A DNA stretch of 64,000 nt, from the NCBI GenBank assembly GCA_002189035.1, contig NEEC01000018.1, forward strand, positions 1,798,001-1,862,000. The letters are read 5' to 3'. This stretch comes from Utricularia gibba. Lineage: Eukaryota; Plantae; Magnoliophyta. The notes beneath the pieces are model-generated. The model was not told the origin of the DNA. It worked only from the letters and a program-made list of their open reading frames with translations, and made no database searches. This document shows positions 22,753-36,799 of the stretch, piece by piece. The position numbers and the translations under genes are program-made. Position 1 is the stretch's first letter. The number at the start of each line of letters is the position of its first letter.

Positions 22753-24848
22753 ATGCCTGCTCCAAACGCCTTCATCCTCCTGCTGCTGATTGGCCTCGCC
22801 GCGTCTGCCGATCGGAGGTCAGAGCTCGAGGCTTTGATGGGGATCAAATCCTCTCTCGACCCCAGAAGCGTCTACCTGTCGTCGTGGACGGCGGCCGGCG
22901 ACCCTTGCGGGTTCGAGGGAGTGGCGTGTGATGAGTACGGGAGAGTTGTCAATATTTCCCTGCAAGGGAAAGGGCTCACCGGAGAAGTGTCGGCGGCGGT
23001 GGGGGGGCTGAGGGCGCTCTCCGGACTCTTCTTGCATTACAATGCTTTGCAGGGTGAGATTCCGAAGGAGATAGCGAATCTATCTGGGCTGACTGATCTT
23101 TATCTCAACGTTAACAATCTGTCTGGATCCATTCCGAGAGAACTAGGGAGAATGCCCAGTCTTCAAGGTTCGTCTTCCTGTTTGCGTCAGCATTTTTATA
23201 TTGCATCGTGTTGCTTCAAAGTAATCACCTTTTTCGCAGTTCTGGAGCTAAGCGACAACCAGCTCACCGGGGGATACCTCCATCATTAGGCGACTTGAAC
23301 AAACTAACTGTTCTAGCTTTACAAGGCAATCGCCTCTCGGGTCCGGTTCCGGCCGGGCTTGCAGGTATTCCTCCCCTGAGAATACTCGATCTTCGGAGCA
23401 ATGGTCTTTCAGGGGCTGTCTCCACTGGTAAAAAGAATGCTAAAACCACAAGTGATTCTCATATTCCTTCCTAATCCTCATGTTGCTCTGTTTTTCCCTA
23501 CTGTTTTCAAGGTTTTCTGAGGCTGAAAGAAGGTTTCCAATATGGAAATAACACAGGCCTGTGTGGCTCTGGCTTCCCAAACCTCACAGCTTGTTCGAGG
23601 TGGGATGCCGGAGGTTTTGCGACCGTAGACACCTTCCCTCCGGCTGGCATAGAAACCATTGTCCCGAAAGCAGTTGATTTCAATAAGAATCCATCAAACA
23701 ATTCCTCACAGAGTTATCTATGGTTATGGATCTTCATGGGATCAGCTCTCTCAGTCTTAGCAGCAGCAGCCATTGTGATCTTGATACTGCTAGCTACACG
23801 TCGATCGGGACCGATAGAACCGGAGGCTGCACACAGCCTAGACACGCCGAAGGAGAGTTATAGGCAAAGCCACTCATTTCTAGAAGCAGCACAGAACTCC
23901 AACAGCTTCCTAGGATGCAAGTTCAACTTAGAAGATGTGATTTCGGCAACAGGGCATTTCTCGGAGAGGAATCTGCTAGGGAAGAGCAAGTTCACAGCAG
24001 TTTACAAGGGGACAATGCGAGACGGATCCATCGTGGCGATAAAGAGCGTCAACGAAATGAGCTGCAAATCAGAGGAGAATGAGCTGATACAAGGACTGAG
24101 CTTGTTGCTGTCTTTGAAGAATGAAAATGTGGTGAAACTGAGAGGCTTTTGCTGCTCTAAAGACAGAGGTGAATGCTTCCTGATCTATGAATTTGCTTCT
24201 AGAGGAAGTTTGTGCAGTTACCTCGATGATGGATTCAAGCGCAGGGGAGTTATTCTCGATTGGCCAACCAGAGTCTCCATTGTCCATGGAATTGCAAAAG
24301 GTAGGAACCCTATACAGAAAACCAATTTCCCTTTGTTCCATCCAATCATGCAAAATGTGCGTGCAGGTATCGATTATCTCCACAGAGAGGATCCAGAGAA
24401 GCCCTCCATCATCCACAAGAACATCTCAGTTGAGAAGGTTGTATTAGACCACAGTTGGAATCCGTTGATTCTCGACTCTGGGTTTCTCACGCTTCTTGCG
24501 GACGACGTCGTTTACTCGGCCATCAAAGTAAGCGCCGCCTTGGGGTACATGGCGCCGGAGTATATCACCACCGGGAAGTTCACAAAGAAAACCGACGTTT
24601 ACGCATTCGGAGTTATCGTCCTCCAGGCTATCTCCGGAAGGAAGGTGCTTTCACCCTCCACAACAGCCGCAATGGAGGCCGGAAAATGGGAAGATCTCGT
24701 AGACATGAATCCGGATTTCAAATTTAGTAGAATTCAGGCAGCGCGGTTGTTGCAGATTGCCTTGGATTGTACGGACGAGCTACCGGAGAAAAGACCGACG
24801 ATGGCCGCTGTGGTGGGAGAGTTGAATGAACTCGAATTGGAAGACTAG
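22753..24848 (+). CDS. LRR receptor-like kinase, LRR-IV type (At2g45340/At5g51560-like), atypical kinase domain; one apparent frameshift
   Basis: Signal peptide, LRRNT (WTAAGDPC..GVAC), LRRs, GNNTGLCG cap, TM, kinase with VAIK, HKN and DSG. Frame break at the G5 run 23269-23273; 66-nt stopless intron 24301-24366. Confidence 0.88.
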
Positions 24849-25207
24849 ATGGATATACGTAAGCATGGTTAATCCAAATATTAAAAGTTGTTGGGCCGGT
24901 TTATTGGGCTTCAGAAATCGATTTTTTTTATTTTGTATTTTTTCATGTTTTTTAATACCGAAAATTGTAAGCTTTACTGAATTGTCATAATTGCCCCTAT
25001 GGGGTCGTATAGTGTTCCAATTTGTACTGAAACCCAAAATCTTCGGTGTATTTCGAAACCTAACTACAGTTTTTTGTCTGGATTTCTTCCCATCAAGCGG
25101 CGATTGCGCGATTGGAGAATTGTATGTTCAAGCCTCGGGTGTAGTTTCTTTGTAATAAAAATCCCTTCTTGACGCGAAAGTCAAGTTTATTCTCATAAAG
25201 GGTGGAT

Positions 25208-26302
25208 ATGGGAGATGTGTTGGCTTGGCTCCTGTTTTTCTTCATACTCGTAGCCATCCTTATCATGATTGTTTTTCAGGTAATACACCTTAAGACCCTG
25301 ATGTCAAAATTTCAGCTTTTCGGGGTTTACGATTGTTTCTGTATCTTAAAGTGGCATACTAGTTCTGCTGATGCGTTGGAATTGTGACTTTTGCTCTGGT
25401 ATCAATAGCCAATTTGTTTGCCATCGTTGGTTTAGTGAAAATACAGGCTAAGTTTCGGATTGGTGTTTATTTTGGAAAGACTCGCATCCCATCTCTTCTC
25501 ATTTTCATTACCTCTCATATATGGTGTTCAGGGTTGAGGGTTTGTGAATTGATTATGAAACTTTCTTGTCATAACAGTACAAGATGTAGATATTGGACAA
25601 GAAAAACTTATCAAGTCCCTAGCCAGATGAACTATTATAGAAATTCCTAGGAATTAAAATGTGGATGTGTGTGTGTCTTCAGAAGATTTCGCTCCTGTGT
25701 CCTTCATGGTAATGGTGCTTTGATCTTCTTGTTTTATTTATGCAGCTCATGTGCTTGGCTGATCTAGAATTTGATTATATCAACCCTTACGACTCCGCCT
25801 CCCGGATAAATAAAGTGGTTCTGCCGGAGTTCATAGTACAAGCTGTCTTATGCTTTCTCTTCCTGATAACTGGTCACTGGGCAATGTCACTATTCTGCAT
25901 TCCATATCTGTACTATAATGTGAAACTGTAAGATCACTTACTCCCTCCTCGTAAGCGTTTTCTGTGTTACTGCTCCAACAGCTTCCTTCCCTCTCTGTGA
26001 ATATCCGCATTCCCACCATAGAAATAATGTCGTGTGTTTCTGAAAGTTCAGGTACCTGGAAGGTAAACACCTCGTCGACGTGACAGAGATCTTCAACCAA
26101 CTCAACTGGGAAAAGAAGCAAAGGCTCATCAAACTGGGCTACATCATACTTCTCCTATTTATGTGCTTGTTCTGGTAACTTTCTCCACATTGTTTGAATT
26201 CCCCAGAAGCCATGAGGAGTTGATTCACTTACAGGATTCCATTGTTGATGTGCTTGTAGGATGATATACAGCGCTCTCGAAGATGACGAGCATCCCTTTT
26301 AG
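25208..26302 (+). CDS. CNIH: Cornichon homolog (ER cargo receptor), 4 exons
   Basis: LMCLADLEFDYINPYDSASRIN, HLVDVTEIFNQL, KLGYII, acidic tail ALEDDEHPF*. Confidence 0.93.
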
Positions 26303-26520
26303 CCATTTCTAACTGATCAAAAGAGCTGAGCTCTCAGGCCTCTTGTTGTGTGGATTGTCTTGTAACTTCATTTCTTTCCCTCAAGTTGTGTTCTTTATGC
26401 CTCTCTTGTTTGTTTGATTTAGTAAATTTGATATATCGAAAAATATTTTAATAGATAAATATTAAAATATATAAATGTTTTAAATATCATATTTGATTTA
26501 ATATGTTGGATTATTATATT

Positions 26521-26692
26521 TTTTTAGATAAATTATGAATACACATTCTTTTTAGAACGTATATCAAATATTATAATGAGGTGAAAAAAGTTATTTTTTT
26601 AGATAAATTATGATTGTTTAATTTTTTTTAAACAAATTAAGAAGAAGGTTATAGAAAAAATAGTTATTTGAAAATGAGGTGAAAAAAGTTAT
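26521..26692. repeat. Interleaved short direct repeats in an AT-rich spacer
   Basis: TTTTTAGATAAATTATGA at 26521 and 26596; AATGAGGTGAAAAAAGTTAT at 26575 and 26673. Confidence 0.7.
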
Positions 26693-27245
26693 GAAATTAA
26701 AATTATTTTATTAACATTAAAAAGAATAAAATTGTTTTATACTATTTGTGATATTTAAATTTGACTCCTTTCACTTTCATTTAATTTTTCACATTCTAAA
26801 TATTTGAAATTTTAATCACATCTTTTTTTGCTTTGGAAATTAATAATTCATGTCATCTAATTTTTGTAGTATCTCATAATATCATAATTTCATTTTACCA
26901 TATTTTTAATTTTTTATTTACAATTTAATGTAATAATTATTAATTTATTTACTACATGGAATAATAAAAATTCGAATATACATATTTTAACACCTGAATT
27001 TGATTAAATTATAAAATAATATTATCAGTTTTATAAATAAAAATATTGAAAAATGTTAAAGTGTATAAATAAATATAAAAACCACAAATAGCATAAATTA
27101 CCAATTTTAAAAACAAAAATGATGCCTATTGCCATAAGCTCCTGCAAGTTGATGGAGCAACCAGGCGTTGGGAGATCACAGAGGAATGTTGTTTTTATTT
27201 CTGTCACCGGAACGGAAACCCTTTTTCCGGTACGGCGGCGCTGCT

Positions 27246-30200
27246 TCAGTACAGAGTGTTGTAGGTGCATAAGGTGGCAACGATGGAGGCAATGCAGATC
27301 AGTAGAGAAGGAACCAGGGTGACGTTTAGCAGCAAGTTCTCGCCTAAATAGCCTGCCAATGTGATCGTCGCGTCCGCCACCACTCGCGCCAGCGTTCCGG
27401 CCTCCGTGGATAGCAGCCCGCCATTGTAGGTTCCTCGAGAAAGCCGGGACGACATTACTCGCGACAGCAATGATAAGTTCACTCCTGTGGAAAACAATGG
27501 AGGCATTTCATGAATCTGTACAATGAGCATGATCGAAAAGGGGTAACCGGAAACATGGAGCAGCATGCCTTCCAGTACTTCGGCAGCTACGAACATGATG
27601 AGCCCGGAGCAGACGTATTGCAGAACAGAATACTTGATGAAGAAGTTGAAGCTGAAGAGTATGCCGACGAGAACAACTACTTCGGATGCTATGAGCATTT
27701 GCCTGTGGATGAGATGGGGAAGCTGATGAGCAGGATCTCAAAAGGAGAAGCATGGCGGCAAGAGACTTCACCTGTCTTCATACATGTTGCTTAAGTAATG
27801 CCCAACAATGATGTTTACTGGAAGAACGGTCAGGCCGAGGCAAGCAAGGAATAGCGATACGGAGCTTGTTGTCCATTTGAAGTAGTGGGAGGTGACAACA
27901 CTGGACTCTGAAAGAAGAATCTCCATCGCGTATTTGAGCATAAAATAGATCAACAGTTGAACCTGAAGGGAGAATATGGTTCATGTCTCAGTAAGATTTC
28001 AAGCCTAAACTTCATCTACGAGAGCCAAAGGTGTTACCTTGACAGATGGGGTGAGCAGTCTGTAAGCTGATCCCAGAGAGTTGGCTGGGAGACGAGACAC
28101 TTCAGAAGCATCTTCGCTTGCATCACAATCTTGATCTTCCTCATCTTGTTCAGCTTCATTGTCGTGTACAGTTTCTGCTGAATGAAGCAAAGGTTGTACA
28201 AGTCCCTTCTCAAGATTGTCGGTTTGAACTGTTGAAACAAAGACTATCCATCAGGTTTGCTCGACAATGCAAAATGCTGAAGAACCTGCTCTTTTCCTGT
28301 GCATACCTGAATCAGCTTCCTGCACTGTGGGAGTTGGCTCGGTGGGACGCGCCGGTTCACTGAAGGAGATCCACAGCCAAACTAAGTAGATCAGCCATGC
28401 AAGCGTCATTACCCAACCAGGCAAGGTGTCCTGGTTAAAGGTGACGTTGAAGAGCTTGAACTCAGTCTGAAGCAGGCCAGCTAACGCAGGGCCACATGCC
28501 ATTCCCAAAGCACTAGCACTAACGAATCCAGCAGAGGCCTGCATCCGTATTTTAAGGGGCACACAGTCACTAATGTAGCGCCGGTTGACTGCTCTGGCGG
28601 AGCCCAAGCTGCAAGAACATGTGCAATCTTATGAAAGTTAACCATGGAAACACACTATGAAAGCAGAACAGAGAGGCTCCTCCCTACCCGCAAAATACTC
28701 TGCCAAGCAGAAGTATGGTGAGAGAGTGGGTGTCATAAGCCATTGCATACATGGCATTACCAACCAAAAGAACTATGCTGCTGAACACCAGGGGCCTGAA
28801 ATATGATCTGTTGGACCAAGCGCTGAAATACACAGAGGAAAACACTTGTGCGATCGCCATTGCTCCGATCACGATGCCACAAACTGTTGCTGGTGCTCCC
28901 AGGCTCATGGAGTAGTCATCAGCTGTGGGAACAATAATGTATGTGTTGACCATGTACAGGAAAGTGTTCACCAAATTCAGAAGGAGGGACATGAAGTGGT
29001 AGCGCTGATCATCAATCTGCTCTTCTGCAGGGAATGGGAGCTGTTCTGGCATGATTAGTGCATGTTGGCCCAAAAACTGAAGGAAGTTTGTTGAGTGGGT
29101 TAATCTGTCAACAGCTGACTGCAGTGAGTCTACTACAGGATCCTGCAAGGATATCATTGGAATGGTAGTTAGCAAAAGGGAAAAAAAGGAAGTTGGCAAA
29201 AAAGATGTGCATTTTCCAATGAATCAAACAGAACTGGCCAAACCTGAAGAGGGAGTAACGATGGTTCATCATAAATTGATAAGTAACTTCCTTGGCGATC
29301 CTGAAGATCTGCAATATTCCTAGAAATGGCTCCAACAACAGCTCCAAGACCCTGCAATAACACATCAGCAATAAGTGAAATCAAGCAACTCTTTTTACTG
29401 GATGCAGACGGTAATACTGAGTTTTTCATCCAACTTGCTGAAAGGGGAAGGCAAAGTGGAACCAGTGAGATTGCTTGACCTTACCACATGCTTGAAAACT
29501 TGCTGTAGCTGGGAGTATGGATGATTAGCACGGGTTTTGACGTAGTAATCTGTAAATTTGTACCCAAACCGCTTGTCGAACTTCTTAAGGATCTTCCTGA
29601 TACCAATGGCATTCATTTCCACAAAAAGGAGGAGTTGTAAGAGATCCTGGCCGATGGCTCTGTAGGCTTCTCGGAGCTCAGATGCTCTGGAAAAGTCAGG
29701 CTGGTCCCTAAGAGAATAATGCTGTTGATTCAGCTCAGCTATCCTGTTCGCAAGAACACCTTGCTGCTCCAACATGAAGAGAACAGTCTTTTCTATCTGC
29801 AAATAAGTTTAGCATACAGCAAAAAAGTTTGAGGAAGAGCAACGTGAATGTAGGCATATGGGTTAAAGCTAGGAACTTCACCTGATCATCTAGCATCCTA
29901 CAGAAATCCTTGAGAACATGTCTTCGATCCAGAGCTCCTGTCTCAATTTGGCTGGCGTACTGCTTCACCTTTTTCTTCATTAGCTTGTAGTTGATGTAGT
30001 ACCTGAGATCATTTAAGTAAAGGTCAAATGTATTTCAAAGCCAAACCTTTCAAGTCACCTGCACTGAGTGATTAAAATCTCAAAGGACATCAAAGAGAAG
30101 GCTCATGCATGTATACAAAACTTCCTCAAGACACTGCATCCATACGATTCTAGGCCGAGTTTTCAAATGGTGTTGTCACAAGCAGAAGACTATCCCAATA

Positions 30201-30340
30201 ATGAAAAACAATCTACAAATTCAACTGGTTACAAACAATCTAGAACAGAAAAGATTTGAATGTCAAATTTAGCTAAATGACGCGTACCTACACCATTGTT
30301 GAATTTGGCTTTCCTTCAGCCTTTTCCCGAAGGCAACCAT
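27246..30340 (-). CDS. PHT5: SPX-MFS vacuolar phosphate transporter (PHT5/VPT family)
   Basis: [40 protein letters not shown] (SPX); MFS segments [20 protein letters not shown] and [16 protein letters not shown]; ends LCTYNTLY*. Confidence 0.93.
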
Positions 30341-31996
30341 CTCTCTCTGTTGTTCACAAATTCAGAAAGGGGGTGAGAAACTGATTAACACATCATCTGT
30401 GTATTAAAAAAGCTCTAAATTGAAACACAAGAACTCCCGAATCCTAGGAGAACACCCTGATTTACAGCTACACGTATCCACTCATCAAGAACCATATAAC
30501 TTTCCTACAATGACGTTTTTTCTTCAATGTGGAAATGCTTCCTTCGCCACCTATGACGACATTCTTCCATTCCCCAAAAGGACATAACCATCTCAAATGA
30601 AATGAAGCAATAAGCACCCTTCATAATGTAATACAGAACGATGATATTATAGTAGTAAAATCACTCAGATTTCGTGGCCTTACATGTATCAGAACTGTTC
30701 ACCTGCGGCAATATACTCACAAACAACTCTTTTCATGAATAGTTAGAGTCCTCGAGGATCACCCAGTTACAAAAAAAATCAATTATGCACTATAACTTTC
30801 CAGCCGCCCAGCTGACAACATACCCCACTGTCACTCTTATCTCGCTAAACGAAACGATAAAGGCACAATTTTTTTTTATCTCCATCTGCCTCACAACTAT
30901 TTCTCTCCACTAAAATAAAAAAAAAAAAGTTGGAAACTTTACACAAAAAACAAATATGAAAAGCACCAGCCAGCGCACTACACACATTTCCAAAATCAGA
31001 AACACCATTAGCAGAGACGCAGAACATCTCTTTAGAAAAACACAAAAGAGTGTGACTTTCAGAGCGAAAACTGACAACAGCCGCTCCCCAAACCTTGAAA
31101 AATTCAAAGTCGCATGCAGAAATGCAATGAAACAGGGAGAGCATAGAATTGCATGCATACTTTTCAAATAAAACCTGTGTCGCGAGGTATGATCTTCTGG
31201 GGCGACGATAGGAATCAAGAATGAATGAGTCTATAGAGTAACGATACAAGATTTGTCTGTGTATACGTCGAGACGACGATGACGATGAGGGTGTCCGACG
31301 ATGGATGACAAAAAAGTTGGAAGCGGAGAAATAGGGCCGCCCGCACCCAATGATGAAGCAGAGCAATATTCGATCGCTTCTCACACGCGACTCCCCTTTG
31401 ATCCCTCCACCATTTTATGGCGATCTTTCAGTAATGGTAGTTACTGGGCAAGTTCCCCCTTCGGATAAACTCATGCTCCGCAGTAAATAGCCATTGCCTC
31501 TTCAATACAATGCACAAACAACCATGCTTCGCTGGGCCTGCCCATGTATCAAAAACCATTTAAAAGAAGAAGAATGTGAGTGCGACTGATTCCAACCCAA
31601 CGGGAATACGACGAGGAAACGGTCCCCATTCTCCACCGCACCTCCATTTGTTTGGCTTCAAATGAACAAGTGGAGAAGACGGTATGATGAGACCCGACAT
31701 TCACCTGGCCGTTTGATCAAAACCCACATCACCCAAATAGATTCGCAGCTAAAACGGCAGCATCGGAAACACTCCATTATTCATTGCGCTTACTACAAAA
31801 ATTTTCCCATTCCGATACCTTCTTAAAACAAAAGAATAATTCGTTTTCGATTTGATTAAAATTGTTTATTTTTGTTTGAATAGTATAATACAAATCAAAT
31901 TTCTATTTGATTGCTTAAATGAACTGTGAGCTAATTAAATATATTTAATTATATTATTATTAATATATTATTAAAAACAATTATTCTACTAAAAAT

Positions 31997-32076
31997 TGGG
32001 CCAGGCTCTCGAATGGGCCCAATTATTGAATTCTCAAGTCCACTAATCTTTGAATGCGGCCCAAACACAAAGCCCA
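31997..32076. promoter_or_regulatory. Site II cluster between the divergent SPX-MFS and IQD genes
   Basis: TGGGCC at 31997, TGGGCCCA at 32014, GGCCCA at 32058, AGCCCA at 32071. Confidence 0.55.
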
Positions 32077-32689
32077 ATTGTTTAGATTGATCGTCTTATT
32101 ACATTGATACATTTTATTCTCATGAAAACAATTTCTTTGACATATTGAACGCCTCTCAGTTTTTCCTTCGAATTTCTCAATCTTTAAAGTATATGTTTTT
32201 TTATTTTGATCACAACCACCGATTACACAAAGTTATGGGTCAGCTGTAGGTAAATAGCGTGACATTTTTTAATGTAAGATTCTGATTAAAATATGTGGTA
32301 TTATTTTCATGGTAAGTGGCCTATTATGTAAAAGCACGGGTGTTTTGTAATAGAGGCACGTTTTTTATTTTCAAAGCACGTGCATTCAATAATATTATAT
32401 GTTATAATATTAGGTATGTTTAAGCATTTTTTAATATTTATTACTCGTGACGGAGTGTGTTTATATATTAAATTAATGTTTTAGGATATAAATATTTAAA
32501 AATAGGCGATTTTTAATATTGGAAAAAATGCATTTAAAAAAAGTCGTTAATTATATTATTTTAAAAGGTAAGGATTTTTTTTTTTTTAGGAATTATTGAA
32601 GTTCTATAAATGGCGTCGCCGTGTTCACATTTCCGGTGAGGCTGCGGCCTGGGCATACAGTGGCAGCATCTTTTTCTTATTTAACTGAA

Positions 32690-35509
32690 ATGGGTGTGGC
32701 AGGGAGATGGTTGAAAGGCCTTTTCGGCCTCAAAACAAAGAAAGCATGCAGCCGTAAGGAGAAAGGCCGCCAGAAAGAATGCTATGAAGATGTTGAAGAG
32801 GCCAGGAAACGAGCTGTGGCCGTCGCTGCTGCAACCACCGCAGTCGCCGACACCCGCACGGCCGCTGCAGTGGCGAAACTCACGACCAATGGAAAGGGTA
32901 ATCGTAAAAGTAATAGTTCTTTGTCCTCGATCTTGGTTCGCCGGGAATGGGCGGCGGCTGTCACGATTCAGACGCGATTTCGGGGTTACCTGGTTAGTTT
33001 TTCAATTTAGTTTATTTTCTTCGCTTATTTTCATGCTGACAGAAGATTGTGTCAGTAAGGAAAAGAAAAGCTTTAACAACTCCCTCGACTTTCCAGTTTT
33101 TCAATGTGATGTCTCTGGGGTGCGTGATGTGAATTGAGCTTCTGGGTTGAGTGCGGAAATGGGTTTTCAATCTCGAAGGAGATTCGTTGCAGGAAACTGC
33201 AGCATTCTCATTACTGCCATCAATGGGAAATAAATATTAATAAAAAGCGTATATTTTCGAATATTGTATGAGATTAGGCACCTTCAGAAGTATTTATCTG
33301 CAGCTACAAGAGAAGTCTACCTGAGAATAGGGAGTGAAAACTAAACGGTAAAAAAGCAGCGGCCGGTGAATTCTTCTGGTTTTTGGATTAAAAAAGTTCA
33401 GCTAAAAAATACGGTGCGTTTAATGAGACGAAGGACTTGCGTTTTAATTCAATGGGCCTGTGGGGTTAGTGTAGCTTTTACGCAGTCAAAACGAATAATT
33501 GTAAATTTTGGAGTGTGGGGTAAAAAGCTCTGTACGGTCAAGCGTGGGGATTCGATCTTGGCTGTGTTCGTTCTTTGCGTAGTATGAGGGAAAGAACACT
33601 CTTTTGTAGGAAAATGAGGTTGTTTTGTAGCTCATTTGTATGTTTCTACCCGCATAATACTAAAAAGCCATTGGTAACATTCAGCAGTAGCCTTTTCCCC
33701 GTGAATCAATAATTGAGATTGCTGACTTTTTGTAGAGCCCCTTGAATGAGGTGTTGTGGAATCCAGATACAAAACTTCTGAAAATTGGATATAGTAGAAA
33801 TTCATTGGTTTCTAGTGAAACATGCCAGCTCTATGATACCTTGTGTATTTGCTTTATATCTGGGATTTGACTCTTGGACATTTGATTGATATGTGTATTC
33901 ATGACTACCGGCAGATGTGTTTCACTTTATGGGGCCAAGTTGTTCACACTTTCGTGACTATCATTTCATTCCATTGTTTTCTTGATTTCCCATTTCTTTA
34001 CCGTGAAAGGTGGGTAGATAGAGGAACTGGCAACTCCTCTGCAGTGCTTCTTTTTTCTCCTCTTTGGAGTACAAAGCTCCATGACATGTCTCCTTCCCTT
34101 CAGACTTCCACTTTTTACCAGAGTAGGAAAATCAAAATTCTTCACTTCTGCTTGGTTTCATGTGGAGCAAATGTGATACTCTTCATAAAATCAGATTCCC
34201 CTTTCTGGGTGTTTTCTAATTATTAATACGCACTGAGATTTTACGAGGGGGGCGGCCCTTTCCTTGGGAGTCTAATCATACACCCCTACCTCAACATGGG
34301 TTGCAGGGATCCTCTGTCAAATTCATTGAGTCATTAATGCTGCTGCTTAATGATCCCTGTTTTTGAGCCTATTCTCCTTGACATTGTTTTGAAGTCATGC
34401 CTCATGCTGTGCATGTGGTAAAAGTTTGCTTATTTTAAACTGCTGTGTGTAGTCCAGGAGAGCTCTCCGGGCACTAAAAGGTCTAGTGAAGCTTCAAGCA
34501 CTGGTTAGAGGCTACCTTGTGAGAAAACAGACTGCACAGTTTCTGCAGCGGTTGCAGACACTTGTAAGAGTGCAAGCAAAAGCCTGTGACTGTAGAGCCT
34601 TCAGCTCTGAGTTGGGGATCAGGAATTCTTCTTATCTCAGACACTTGGTAAAGTTAAAAAGCATCTTGTTCTGTATATCATTGTTGTGATCAACAATGGA
34701 GTCTGAGACTAATCCAATGATGAATAGGGGCCTGGAACTCCTGAGAAACATGAATACAGAGCAGGGAGAATGAAACATGGAGGGCCAATGTGTCTGAAGG
34801 TCCATTTTGCTTTCATGGTTTCATCCTTTTGATCAGTATCATTCAACATTTTGTTGTGGTTTCACTGCAGAAAGCTGGCTCATTGTCAACAGAAGGCGAG
34901 CACTACAATGCAGACAGGGCGCATATTCTAAGAGATGATGAAAGGAATTTCAAGATTTTAGAAGTGGACGGTGGAATTCAGAAAACAATGCACAAAAATA
35001 GGAGATTCATCTATCCATCATACTACAACAGCACACGCAGGGAAGGAAAATGCAAGAGCTTTTCTGTGTCAAAAGACACCTTCATGAGTCCATCATCTGG
35101 TGAAGTTCAGTCTCTCAGCCATTTTGAGTACGATCATTGCACTGATGACTACGATGAGGGCCATCTCAGTCCCATGTTCTATTTCTCAAGGGGTAAGAAG
35201 GAAATGTATACGCCTACAAGGAGCCATGGAACGACCAGCTGCTACCAAGGTAGCTATCTCGTTCATCCAAGTTATATGGCTTACACAGAATCATCAAAGG
35301 CCAAGGTGAGATCTTTCAGCGTCCCTAAACAGAGGAACCAACCGTTGGAGAGATCCTACTCGTTGACAAAGAGGTATAACGCTTATGGAGATTCAGGGCC
35401 AATGATGCAGAGAGGAATGGGTACAATTGATGACAGAGAGTATCCTGGATCTGGCCTTTTGGATGGCTTTGGAATGCCCATCAGCAGCCATTGGCGCAGA
35501 TGCCAGTAG
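32690..35509 (+). CDS. IQ67-domain protein (IQD22-26-like, DUF4005 tail)
   Basis: [26 protein letters not shown]|[54 protein letters not shown]. Confidence 0.92.
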
Positions 35510-36799
35510 AAGCGACCTCTTTAACTGAAAACCAGTGCCACTGCCACTGAATGAGTCATTCTTCTAGTGAAAGTGTATCCTAAGAGGAATCACTGTAAGC
35601 TCCAATAGTACAACAAACCAAGCTGGCCAAGATGCTGGAAGTAGGATCTTGGTGCAACGCTATCAAGAAGGCCTCCATTCTTTGTACTGAATAGAAGTAT
35701 TAGAGTTCAAAATCCCACCCTATTCACACCGAAAATTCAAGAGCTTGAAAGATTCCTATCTATAAAAGAATGTACGGGTTCCGGTGCGGAAAGTTATCTT
35801 TTACCCAGAACATTCAACCTTATAAAAAAAGTCAAATCTTTTTTATGGAGAGTAGTTGAACATTCAACCTAAGAACCTCGCTGTTGCCCTTGCTCTATGA
35901 TCCACCAAGAACCCTGAACAAATATGGCAATTTAGCATCAATCCATGAACATTGTGCACAAATTTTGGCAGCAGAAATCCTTTGGACTACTTCTCAACCC
36001 AGTTTGTACATGGGTTTAGGCCAGCCACATCCAAAGTGAAGACACGTGAAAACATCGAACCCGATCCATCCAATTTTATTGGATCCTCAAAGTGAAGACT
36101 GGGAAACCCAAGTTGAGAATTTGAGCCAGCCAGGCTGAGAAAAGATCGGACTTGCATCATGATTTAGATTCTCAATGAGAAAATTCATAAAAAAATCCCA
36201 ACCTTGCAAAACTGCACAGGAAGTTGCAGTCTGATGAGAAAAGCTGCAAAGATGGATTGTTTCAGGTTTCTAGTTCTGCATTGGAAATGAACACCGTTCT
36301 CGAGGACGAATTTTTTTTTCGTTATTTTTCCAGAAAAGAAGAACCGGTTCGTATCACTCCGGCAACCTCTCAATGCGAGTTTTTGAGGCAGCATGCTTGG
36401 CATGCTGTGCTGCATTGTTATATGCTTCCTAGTTGCGGGTTTTTGATGGATTGGCGACTTGTCTCGTTTCCATAAAGGAAACTTCAGAGGAAAAAACATA
36501 TCTTTTGAGCGGGTGCTCAGATGTATACATCACACGGAAGGAAACCATTTTTGTTTTTGTCATCTTCACTGTGTTCGTGGTTGAGTGCGTTAGAGGGCTA
36601 CTGCTGATCGACCCCCTTACGTAACCCGGTTTGATTGGAGACTTTGACTCAGTTACTAGGGCCCTGTCTGCTTGTCTTTTCCTTGGTGTTTTTTGCTTAC
36701 TTCAAGCATGTGCTTCAAAACCAAAGATTAGTAAACGAACACCCAAGGTTCTCCTGTCCAAGGTTCTCCTGTCTGTTGTGAAGACATCGGTGCTCTTCC

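Noticed and set aside
30341-31800. miR827 target site or P1BS upstream of SPX-MFS
   Set aside because: I found no TTAGATGACCATC-complementary site and no GNATATNC by eye.
35610-35660. miR169-like GCCAAGATG stretch
   Set aside because: Only a partial match and no fold-back partner.
36743-36772. 15-bp perfect tandem repeat CCAAGGTTCTCCTGT x2 in the PES 5' leader
   Set aside because: Real but a trivial slippage duplication with no evident function.
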